Assembly (NCBI GenBank): GCA_015486895.1
Contig: WFQT01000217.1
Location: 1-59,994 of the forward strand
Length of the DNA: 59,994 nucleotides
Direction of reading: 5' to 3'
DNA from: Anaerolineae bacterium
Lineage (GTDB): Bacteria; Chloroflexota; Anaerolineae; JAADDB01
Positions 1 to 8,161 of the stretch are shown here, in pieces. Below the pieces are notes generated by a model. The model did no database searches. It was not told the origin of the DNA and worked only from the letters and a program-made list of their open reading frames with translations. The translations under genes were made by a program, and so were the position numbers. Each line of letters begins with the position of its first letter. Positions within the stretch are counted from its first letter, which is position 1.

Positions 1-240
1 ACCGATACGCCGACACCAACGCCTACCGACACGCCGACACCAACGCCTACCGACACGCCGACACCAACGCCTACCGACACGCCGACACCAACGCCTACCG
101 ACACGCCGACACCAACGCCGACCGATACGCCGACACCAACGCCCACCGATACGCCGACACCAACGCCGACCAACACACCCACGGCAACGCCGACCAACAC
201 ACCCACGGCAACGCCGACCAACACACCCACGGCAACGCCG
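1..240 (+). repeat. In-frame 24-bp tandem repeat: 7 units of 'accgaYacgccgacaccaacgccN' (TDTPTPTP), then 3 identical units of 'accaacacacccacggcaacgccg' (TNTPTATP).
   Basis: Read directly from the sequence. Units start at 1, 25, 49, 73, 97, 121, 145 and at 169, 193, 217. The units are nearly identical at the nucleotide level. Confidence 0.95.
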
Positions 241-939
241 CTCCCGGCATCTGTGAGCGGTTGGATTTGGTTTGATTACAACAGTGATGGGATTAGACAA
301 GCGGAAGAGCCCGGCATAACTAATATGGCGGTAATACTCCAAAATCAGATCGCAAGCCAATCGGTTTTTACAACGACCAGTGATTTAGATGGGAGATATA
401 CCTTCCCTGCTATTCCACCGACTTCTTATCTGCTACGCCTGGAAGTACCATTTGGCTATCAGCTCACGACTCCATCTCGGTATTTGCTCTCCCTTCCCCC
501 AGGGGCTAGCCTCACCAGTGGAGTGGACTTTGGCCTGCTATTGCCGACACCTACGCCAACCGACACGCCTACGCCTACGCCCACGCCGACAGCTACACCT
601 ACGCCGGCTGTTGGTACTTTGGAAGGGTACGTATTCATGGACCGCAATGGTAATAGCCAGTGGGATAGCGATGAGCCCGCTTTACCCGGCTACCATTTAT
701 GGCTTGTGGCCTGTAACAGCAATTGGAGCCAGGCGATCGTCAGCGGTGCCGGGGGAGCTTATCGCTTTGTGGAAGTTCCGTCAGGGTGGTACGAATTAAG
801 CTCGCCAACCGATGCGCACGCCTACAGCTCGGAATCAGTAGCTATCTATGTTCCAGGAGGGCAACCTATCCAGTATAACTTTACAGCGTTACTGACTCAA
901 CATGGATGGATACCAACTGTTCTGACAGACGCAAACTAA
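1..939 (+). CDS. Cell-surface/secreted protein, 5'-partial (runs off the window start). It has Thr/Pro linker repeats plus two SdrD-B-like (carboxypeptidase-regulatory-like) beta-sandwich domains.
   Basis: Frame 1 is open from nt 1 (TDTPTPTP...) into the listed ORF 253..939. Motifs [16 protein letters not shown]...DLDGRYTF and [18 protein letters not shown]...GGAYRF are typical of SdrD-B repeats. A second PT linker lies at 541-606. Confidence 0.7.
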   Translation, partial: TDTPTPTPTDTPTPTPTDTPTPTPTDTPTPTPTDTPTPTPTDTPTPTPTDTPTPTPTNTPTATPTNTPTATPTNTPTATPLPASVSGWIWFDYNSDGIRQAEEPGITNMAVILQNQIASQSVFTTTSDLDGRYTFPAIPPTSYLLRLEVPFGYQLTTPSRYLLSLPPGASLTSGVDFGLLLPTPTPTDTPTPTPTPTATPTPAVGTLEGYVFMDRNGNSQWDSDEPALPGYHLWLVACNSNWSQAIVSGAGGAYRFVEVPSGWYELSSPTDAHAYSSESVAIYVPGGQPIQYNFTALLTQHGWIPTVLTDAN

Positions 940-974
940 TCAGGGCATGGTTCCAGAGATCCGTTTCCCCGCTT

Positions 975-1134
975 GACAAATCTACTGAGACATCGCGGTT
1001 GATTAAGCCACAGAATGAGACAGGATTGCCCGGAAAATTTTCGTCTTTAGCCTTTTCTGGGCCTTTCCGTGTTCTTCCGTGGTTTCCTTTCCGGCCCTAT
1101 TTGCCAAGATTGTTTCAACTCGAAATGAACCATG
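975..1134 (+). repeat. Dispersed intergenic repeat, family 1, copy A (~160 bp).
   Basis: Aligns by eye at ~80% with 29419-29578 (same orientation) and with the reverse complement of 15407-15558. Shared ends are 'gacaaatYtactgagac' and 'cgaaatgaaccatg'. Confidence 0.85.
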
Positions 1135-1254
1135 TCCTAATCAGTAATAGGGTCAGTTCCAGAGGTGCATTGCCTCTCTCTTCCGTCCTTGCCTTAATAG
1201 CCCCCTCTTACCCCCATCCCTGATTGGAATAAACCGAGTTCCTCCGGTATAATT

Positions 1255-3051
1255 GTGTTGGAACCCAGCCGAATTTTCGGCTTTAAAGGAGCACAACACG
1301 TGAAAGAAGCATTCCATTCCGGCCAGGGAAATTACCGGCGCCAGTGGATTGGCGGCCTCGCGGCATTTCTCCTGGCTTTACTTCTCTTGGCCGCTACGGG
1401 GGAAGTGCTAGCCGGCGCTCCCAAGTTTCCAGCTCGCAGCGCCGACTTGCAGCCGGCGTTACTATCCGACCCAGAGACCATCCTCGGCACCGTGGCCAGT
1501 CAGAACACCATTACTTCCAGCACTTTCAATCAGTGCATCATCATCGATGATGCGACGGAACCGCAGAGCGCGTCGGTATACTTGCTTTGGGCCGGGACGC
1601 CGACCAAGGCAACTTTGTATCTTTACCCCAATAACGTCTACAAGCCGCACAGCATCTATCTAAATGGCCACAAAATCGGCACGGCGCAGGCCACCGGTGG
1701 GCAGTTAGGGGAATGCTCCACCGATTGGCCGCAGCGCTCCTGGACGTTTGACCCGGCTTATTTGGTAAGTGGCAACAACATCATCAGTTTCACCATGGAT
1801 GCCGGGCAAGATGCCTGGAGCGTTAGCCATGGCTATTTAGTAATCGAAGGCAACGTGGATTCAGGGCAAATATACGATCTGACTTTTTCCAGCAGTTATG
1901 ATTCCAGCAGCCAACGCTACGCCTTGCAAAAGCCACCTTTTTATGATTCATCGAAGCCCACACCATTGATGGTCATCTTACACGGTTGGCCGCCCAGCAG
2001 CGACGAGAAACCGTACCTGGATCAAATCTGGGCTTACGGCGGGCTGGTAGCACAGAAAGGTTGGTTGTTAGTATCACCGGAAATGCACGGAGAACGACCC
2101 GTCCCTCCCGGCGTCTCGTCAGGCCGCCGGCCTTTGGCTTCTCGTGCTGCCCAACATGACGTCATAGACACCATTAACGCCGTGCGACGATCGTACAATG
2201 TGGACATGAACCGGATTTACCTGGTAGGAGAATCGGCCGGCGCTCAGATTGCCCTGGTCACCGCCGCCAAATACCCCGACACTTTCGCTGCACTGGTGGA
2301 TTACGCCGGCCCTACCAATTTGACCGCCTGGTACAATGAGACAGAACTGTGGCGGCAGGCGGAAATTCGGTCAGAAGTAGGCGGTCCACCGGAAACATAT
2401 CCCTTTGAGTACCAGCGTCGCTCTCCCATCAGTTACGCGGTGAACTTGCTCCACATGCCTACCCTCATTATCCATGGCACCGAGGATATCAAAGTATTGC
2501 CACATCACGCCCAAGATATGTACAACGCTATACAGGCCGCCGGTAGCGAGGATGTATTCCTCTACTGGTATCCGGCTGGACACGGTGGGCCGGCTACTCC
2601 ATATGACATGAGCTGGGCGCTGGACACGATCCAGGATAAGCAAAAGCCGGAGAAGCCGCCCCGTCACATTCACGTGCATACCGACGAAAGCCACAGCTAC
2701 TGGTGGTTGGACGTTACCCAGCACAGCTTACCACACTGGACCGACGTAGATGTGACGGCTAATGAAGCACAGCCAATTCTCACCGGCGTCATTAGCGATA
2801 CCACTTACGCTATTTCACTGACGTTGGATTTGCGGAAACTGAACTGGCCAATACACGAGCCATATCGTCTGACGCTGCACAACCCGATCACAGCTACAGT
2901 AACGACCAACATCATAACGCCGACGTTGGTGGGCACATTACCGTTGCCGGTGCCTATGGGGGAAAGTGCTATGACCCTCATGCCGGTTTCCGTCACGCCC
3001 CCACCTCCGCCGCGAGTATGGCTTCCACTGATTGTGAAGGCAAACCTATGA
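1255..3051 (+). CDS. Secreted or membrane-anchored alpha/beta hydrolase (S9 peptidase/esterase-like).
   Basis: N-terminal hydrophobic anchor (LAAFLLALLLLAA). Nucleophile elbow GESAG, then IIHGTEDIKV and a C-terminal GHG consistent with a Ser-Asp-His triad. GTG start. Confidence 0.7.
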   Translation: MLEPSRIFGFKGAQHVKEAFHSGQGNYRRQWIGGLAAFLLALLLLAATGEVLAGAPKFPARSADLQPALLSDPETILGTVASQNTITSSTFNQCIIIDDATEPQSASVYLLWAGTPTKATLYLYPNNVYKPHSIYLNGHKIGTAQATGGQLGECSTDWPQRSWTFDPAYLVSGNNIISFTMDAGQDAWSVSHGYLVIEGNVDSGQIYDLTFSSSYDSSSQRYALQKPPFYDSSKPTPLMVILHGWPPSSDEKPYLDQIWAYGGLVAQKGWLLVSPEMHGERPVPPGVSSGRRPLASRAAQHDVIDTINAVRRSYNVDMNRIYLVGESAGAQIALVTAAKYPDTFAALVDYAGPTNLTAWYNETELWRQAEIRSEVGGPPETYPFEYQRRSPISYAVNLLHMPTLIIHGTEDIKVLPHHAQDMYNAIQAAGSEDVFLYWYPAGHGGPATPYDMSWALDTIQDKQKPEKPPRHIHVHTDESHSYWWLDVTQHSLPHWTDVDVTANEAQPILTGVISDTTYAISLTLDLRKLNWPIHEPYRLTLHNPITATVTTNIITPTLVGTLPLPVPMGESAMTLMPVSVTPPPPPRVWLPLIVKANL

Positions 3052-3746
3052 ACTTACGCACTTATTACGATGCTTACTGGCAACAAAAGGGAGATCTGGT
3101 AGATCACAGCCGGCTACAATTACTAGTGGACAAAGTGCTTCCCAACAGTAAAGTGCTGGCCGTGGATTGCGGCAACGGTGTTTTAGGACAGAAACTGCTG
3201 GCAAAAGGATGCCAGGTCTTTGCTACCGATCTTTCCGGCGCCGCGGCCGGTTTAGCGCATCAAAAGGGCCTGCAAGTTTGCCAAGTAGATCTAGACGAAT
3301 CACCGTTGCCTTTCCCCGGCGAAGTGTTCGACGTGGTTGTCAGTGATAGCGGCCTGGAACATCGCTTCTGGGTGGACCCCGTGCTGGACGAAATCACCCG
3401 CGTGCTGCGTCCCGGCGGCCAATTTCTCTTCCTCTCACCCAATATTGCCCACTGGCGGGTGCGCCTCTGGCTTTTGCAGGGCAAATTTCCTATAGTACGC
3501 AATTCTCCCACCGATTTCACGCACTTGCGCCATTTCACATTAGGAGAAACGGTGGCAAAACTACGCCAACGTGGCATTGAACCTGTCAGCTTCGACGGCT
3601 CCGCCAGCCTCTGGGCCTGGCAGATGTATCCCTTCTACTTGCGGTGGCCGGTCATCCAGGACATTTACAACAGATTAGCACACCGCTGGCCAGGCTTTTG
3701 GGCCCGCGATTTCATCATTGACGGGCGGAAAGCCTCTTTGTCATGA
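3048..3746 (+). CDS. Class I SAM-dependent methyltransferase.
   Basis: Motif I VLAVDCGNGVLG and the ...ATDLS acidic loop. The ATG at 3048 makes an ATGA overlap with the upstream stop. The listed ORF start at 3018 is unlikely. Confidence 0.75.
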   Translation: MNLRTYYDAYWQQKGDLVDHSRLQLLVDKVLPNSKVLAVDCGNGVLGQKLLAKGCQVFATDLSGAAAGLAHQKGLQVCQVDLDESPLPFPGEVFDVVVSDSGLEHRFWVDPVLDEITRVLRPGGQFLFLSPNIAHWRVRLWLLQGKFPIVRNSPTDFTHLRHFTLGETVAKLRQRGIEPVSFDGSASLWAWQMYPFYLRWPVIQDIYNRLAHRWPGFWARDFIIDGRKASLS

Positions 3747-5212
3747 ACTTGCGGCAGCGGATCAAAAGCGGCCTCTTCTGGGTCACTGTCTCTAGCGTCG
3801 TTGCCAACGTCTTAGGCATCATCACCAGGTTAGTACTGGCGATCTTACTAACTCGAGCCGATTTCGGCTTGGTCGCCGGTGCCAACTTGGTGGTGGACAT
3901 CCTGCAGATGCTCCGGGAAGCTGGTTTCGGCACGGCGCTGATCTATCGCAAAGAGGACAGTGAAGACGCTCGGCAGACTGCCTTTTGGTTCATCTTAGGC
4001 ATGGCACTGGCACTTTACAGCATTGCCTACATCGCTGCACCGCTGGCTATTCCATTCTCGTTAGACCCTAATCCTCTCATTGTGCCGGTGCTGCGCGTAC
4101 TAAGCTTAAACCTGATTATTTCTGCCTTCGCTCGGATACCGATGATCCTGCTGGCCCGGGAGTTGGACTTCCGTCGCCGGGCGCTGCCGGACATCGTGCC
4201 CAACCTTGTAAACGTGGGAGTATCCCTGGCACTTGCTTTCGCCGGGCAAGGCGTGTGGAGCTTAGTGTACGGTCGTCTCTCCGCTAGCGTGATCAGGGTC
4301 TTACTGGCCTGGTGGGTCACCAAGTGGAGGCCTCATCTTCGCTTCGTGCCTAAAATCGCTGGCGAGCTATTTGCTTATGGAAAACATATAGCCGGTAGCC
4401 AACTCCTCATCATCACCATTACCAATATAGACGACCTCTTCGTGATTCATTATCTGGGCTGGACGCTGGAGGGCGCTTACGACTACGCTTACCGCCTCTC
4501 GAACTTGCCGGCGACGCAAATTACGCGCGTAGTGGGGCAAGTCATGTTCCCCGCGTTGAGCCGCCTGCAAGATGACCTGGAACGCTTCCGCTATCTTTTC
4601 TTCCAGACGCTACGTTATGTAGCATTGCTCGCTTTGCCTTTAGCCGTGGGAACATTCCTCTTCGCTACAGATATAGTCGCCATGATCGGCGCTGAAAAAT
4701 GGCACGACGCCATCCTGCCTATGCAGCTCTTAGGCATCTATGGCCTGCTGCGCTCTGTCGCTGCCAACATGGGCAATGTCTTCAAAGCCGGAGGCAAGCC
4801 GCAATGGTTAACTTACATTGCCATCTGGCGGTTAACGACCATGACGCTATTCCTTTACCCAGCAGTGAAATGGGGCGGCATTATTGGCGTGAGCGCCCTT
4901 TCTGCCATCGTCGCCATTGTGGACTTTTACATTTCCGGCTGGCTTGCTAACAAAGTGTTAGCCGTGAGCTGGCGCCCTTATGGCGAAGTCCTCTGGCCCA
5001 CCATCCTTGCAGCTTCTCTCAGCGGCACGGCCTTTCTCTTCTTACTGAAAAGTGGCCTCTGGCAAGCTGGGCTAATGCGACTGTTGGTCATGGGCACATT
5101 GTTTGTGGGTGTTTACGCGGGCTTAGCGCTCATCTGGATGCCTGATGTACGCCAAAAGGTGGGACAAGGGTGGCGACAGTTGCAACTAGCCCTGCCCAGG
5201 AGGTTGCTGTGA
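3743..5212 (+). CDS. Polysaccharide biosynthesis protein / Wzx-like flippase (MOP superfamily).
   Basis: A ~489-aa polytopic membrane protein with the typical N-terminus (...GLFWVTVSSVVANVLGIITRLVLAILL). ATGA overlap with the methyltransferase stop. Confidence 0.75.
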   Translation: MNLRQRIKSGLFWVTVSSVVANVLGIITRLVLAILLTRADFGLVAGANLVVDILQMLREAGFGTALIYRKEDSEDARQTAFWFILGMALALYSIAYIAAPLAIPFSLDPNPLIVPVLRVLSLNLIISAFARIPMILLARELDFRRRALPDIVPNLVNVGVSLALAFAGQGVWSLVYGRLSASVIRVLLAWWVTKWRPHLRFVPKIAGELFAYGKHIAGSQLLIITITNIDDLFVIHYLGWTLEGAYDYAYRLSNLPATQITRVVGQVMFPALSRLQDDLERFRYLFFQTLRYVALLALPLAVGTFLFATDIVAMIGAEKWHDAILPMQLLGIYGLLRSVAANMGNVFKAGGKPQWLTYIAIWRLTTMTLFLYPAVKWGGIIGVSALSAIVAIVDFYISGWLANKVLAVSWRPYGEVLWPTILAASLSGTAFLFLLKSGLWQAGLMRLLVMGTLFVGVYAGLALIWMPDVRQKVGQGWRQLQLALPRRLL

Positions 5213-6306
5213 AGGCCTCCAACCGTCCTTTGCGGGTCATGCACATCGCTCGGGTTTACTTGAACCCTTACGCTCATCAATTGACGGCTGGAATCAACCA
5301 GTCATCCCCGCAAGTTCGGGCGTCAGTCAACGATGGGTTTACCCTGCCATGGATTGTGCGTCGTCACGGCCGTTTTGACATTTTACACTTTCATTGGATC
5401 GAAATGCTCTACGCGGCACCATCCCGTTGGCGCCGCCATCTAAAATTAACTTCAGTCATTGCTGGGCTCGTGTGGGCCAAGCTGACAGGCGTGAAAATTA
5501 TTTACACCGTGCACAACCTGCGCAGTCATGAAGGACAGTCCCCACGGCTAAATAGGATTGCTAACCGAGCCATGTTTCGCTTAGCCGATGCTATACATGT
5601 ACACAACGAGCAGGCCCGTGCCGACGTGAAGCATCACTGTGGACGCACGCACAACGTGTTTGTGATTCCTCACGGCAGCTACATAGGCACTTACCCCGAC
5701 ACTTTCAGCCGGGAAACAGCCCGGCGCTCTTTTAATTTTACTAACGACCAGTTCGTTTTCATTTTCCTCGGCTTGCTGCGCCCATATAAAGGTATAGAAC
5801 GGCTACTAACGGCTTTCGAGCAAACGGGTGATCCGCGGGCACGGCTCATTTTGGCCGGGCACGCAGATTCCGCCGGGTATAAAACAATGGTCCTGCAAGC
5901 AGCAGAGCGCGATCCACGCTTGACAGTCTTCCCCCAATATGTACCTGACAACCAACTCTCCCGCTTCCTGCGGGCGGCAGATTGTTCTGTGTTGCCTTAT
6001 CACTGCGCCACCACTTCCGGGGCCGCGTTGTTAGCCTTCAGTTTTAGTTTACCCATCATCGCCCCGGATTTAGGGCCGTTCCCGGCACTGGTGGAGGGAA
6101 GCCGCGGCCTTCTCTACGATCCAGCAACTGAAGGCGCTTTGACCAAAGCCTTACAGGCCGCTTTAGCCGGTGAATCAGCCGGTATGGGGCAAAATGCGTT
6201 GGCTTTTGCTCGGGAACGGCGGTGGGATCGCATTGGCACCCAGCACGTGCGCATGTACAACGTTGCCTTGGGGTGGCTATCAGCAACGGAGGGAAGCAAT
6301 GATTAG
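5209..6306 (+). CDS. Glycosyltransferase family 4-like (GT-B fold).
   Basis: LRVMHIARVY N-terminus and a C-terminal GT1/4 core (VLPY...TSGAALLAFSFSLPIIAPDLG). GTG 5209 gives a GTGA overlap with the flippase stop. Alternative starts are 5170 and 5239. Confidence 0.7.
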   Translation: MKASNRPLRVMHIARVYLNPYAHQLTAGINQSSPQVRASVNDGFTLPWIVRRHGRFDILHFHWIEMLYAAPSRWRRHLKLTSVIAGLVWAKLTGVKIIYTVHNLRSHEGQSPRLNRIANRAMFRLADAIHVHNEQARADVKHHCGRTHNVFVIPHGSYIGTYPDTFSRETARRSFNFTNDQFVFIFLGLLRPYKGIERLLTAFEQTGDPRARLILAGHADSAGYKTMVLQAAERDPRLTVFPQYVPDNQLSRFLRAADCSVLPYHCATTSGAALLAFSFSLPIIAPDLGPFPALVEGSRGLLYDPATEGALTKALQAALAGESAGMGQNALAFARERRWDRIGTQHVRMYNVALGWLSATEGSND

Positions 6307-7462
6307 CAGCGAGACAATTATATGCGCTGCACCTAACCCATGGGATAGCCCCTGGCGCAATCGCCATCAGATTATGTCCCGCCTGGCCCGGCAAAACCGG
6401 GTTGTGTATATGGAACCACGCCCTTATTTGCGGGCTGTCTTGCGGCAGCCGCGACAACTCTGGCAGCAAGGACCTCGCTGGCAAGAAGCTTTGCCGAACT
6501 TGTATATTTACCGTCCATTACCCTGGGCACCGGTGAGCGGCCAGACGCCGCTCCGGCAACTTTTTGCTGGCTGGCGCCGCCTCGACCTGGCCCGTCATTT
6601 GCGTCGTTTGGGCCCGGAACGGCCTATCCTTTGGCTGGTTTCCCCCGATCAGGGAGACATGATTGGCCAGTGGAACGAGAAACTAATAGTATACCACGTG
6701 GTGGATGATTATACAGCCTATGAAGCAGGCTTTGCCAGGCAAAAACGATTGGCGTGGTTACGACAATTAGATGACACTATGACCCGCAGGGCAGACCTGG
6801 TCATCTGCACACATCCCGATCTTTGCCGGCAGAAAACGGCGGTGAACCCCCATTGTGCTTACGTGCCTAACGCGGTGGATTGGTACAGATTCCAAAAAGC
6901 GTTGACAGAGCCGCTACCACCAATTTTCGATCAATTGCCGCGGCCAGTAATAGGCTACGTTGGTGTCATCAATGACAAAATTGACCTCACTTTGCTGCGG
7001 CAAGTAGCTATAGCTTATCCGCGGGGAACGTTGTTGCTGGTAGGGCCGCTATCTTTGCGCTTCCGAACAGAGGAGTGGCAAGCATTGCAATTGCCCAATG
7101 TTCGTGCTTTGGGTCGTCAGCCGGTTTCTGCGGTGCCCCACTTCATGAAAGGTTGCGACGTGGCATTGATGCCTTATCAGCTGAACGCCTGGACGGCCAG
7201 CATTGACCCGCTAAAGATGTACGAATATTTAGCGTGTGGCTTACCGGTGGTGAGCACGCCTATTCCGGCAGCGAAAAACTTCGCCGAGGCGTTGTACATC
7301 GCCGCCAGCGAGAATTTCGTCACTGCCGTAGGACAGGCTCTATTAGAAGACACGCCAGAGAAACGGGTGTATCGACAGACATTAGTCCGCACCCATAGCT
7401 GGGAGAATCGGGTGGAGAGTATTTCCACGCACTTACAAAAGGCTCTTCTACGTCGCCGCTGA
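6299..7462 (+). CDS. Glycosyltransferase (GT-B fold, TuaH-like).
   Basis: N-terminus MISSETIICAAPNPWDSPWRNRHQIMSRLA is typical of this GT group. C-terminal motif ALMPY...KMYEYLACGLPVVST. ATG 6299 overlaps the upstream stop by 8 nt. Confidence 0.7.
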   Translation: MISSETIICAAPNPWDSPWRNRHQIMSRLARQNRVVYMEPRPYLRAVLRQPRQLWQQGPRWQEALPNLYIYRPLPWAPVSGQTPLRQLFAGWRRLDLARHLRRLGPERPILWLVSPDQGDMIGQWNEKLIVYHVVDDYTAYEAGFARQKRLAWLRQLDDTMTRRADLVICTHPDLCRQKTAVNPHCAYVPNAVDWYRFQKALTEPLPPIFDQLPRPVIGYVGVINDKIDLTLLRQVAIAYPRGTLLLVGPLSLRFRTEEWQALQLPNVRALGRQPVSAVPHFMKGCDVALMPYQLNAWTASIDPLKMYEYLACGLPVVSTPIPAAKNFAEALYIAASENFVTAVGQALLEDTPEKRVYRQTLVRTHSWENRVESISTHLQKALLRRR

Positions 7463-7606
7463 CTGTATACGATGCTGCTACCTCTCCCCCAACATCGGTC
7501 TTGCAATATGAAACGCACCTGATGCCTTATAACCCAGGTCTGATTGAAAAACAGCGTGACAGGCAAACGGAACCACGCCCAAACTGCGAGTCTATCTCAC
7601 AAGCAA

Positions 7607-7905
7607 GGCTCTGGCATTTTTTATTAGCAACAGAAAAACACAGAAATGCACAGGTTGGAGTCGAAAAGCAAAGGAAAATCTGTTTTTATTCTAGTGTTTT
7701 GTAACTGCTCAGCCTTGAGCAAAGAGAACGCAGATTTCACGCAGATAAAGCAAATAAACCAGAAACGATCAGCGGAAATCAGCGTGTATCAGCGCCATCA
7801 GCGTCCAATTGTTGGGAAGGCTGAGCAGTAACCGTGTTTTTAATCCATGCAATCTGTAGTAAAAATAGCTCTGTCGAGCTTAAAACGTCATTTTCGCCAG
7901 ACTCC
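7607..7905 (-). repeat. Composite intergenic repeat, family 2, copy D (left, inner and right modules), inverted relative to copy E.
   Basis: The reverse complement aligns end to end with 12057-12348 at ~85% by eye. There is one 9-10 bp indel equal to one 'ctgat' unit. Confidence 0.9.
7706..7827. mobile_element. MITE-like inner module of family 2. It has perfect 11-bp terminal inverted repeats, 'tgctcagcctt' and 'aaggctgagca', flanked by direct GTAAC.
   Basis: The TIRs are at 7706-7716 and 7817-7827. GTAAC is at 7701-7705 and 7828-7832. The interior is made of phased 'cgcagat' and 'atcagcg' words. Confidence 0.4.
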
Positions 7906-7913
7906 ATGCCCAA

Positions 7914-7942
7914 TTGAGCCAATCACAAAACGGTGTTATAAT
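7914..7942 (+). promoter_or_regulatory. Predicted sigma-70 promoter of dnaE (TTGAGC, 17-bp spacer, TGt-TATAAT extended -10).
   Basis: The -35 is at 7914-7919 and the -10 at 7937-7942, preceded by TG at 7934-7935. This implies a ~210-nt leader. Confidence 0.5.
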
Positions 7943-8161
7943 AGCTTTTGCGCTACAATATAGGCCGACCGGGGTAGAGCCCCACGAACACAATTGAGGC
8001 CAGACTCCTCCATCCTCGGTTGCGATTCAGACCCGTATGAGCTGATTCACAACCCACCGGAAAGGTGCTCTGAGCGCATGGTTATGGCCACAGTTAAAAG
8101 CCCTTCGCAACAGCCTTTGAGGTAGCATGGCTACCAAGAAGGCACAGGACAGTACAACAAT

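Noticed and set aside
7625-7805. A possible CRISPR array, suggested by regularly spaced short repeats.
   Set aside because: The repeat units are only ~7 nt with 3-4-nt gaps (period 9-11 bp), far below CRISPR repeat and spacer sizes. There are no cas genes in the window. The same arrays are part of dispersed repeat copies.
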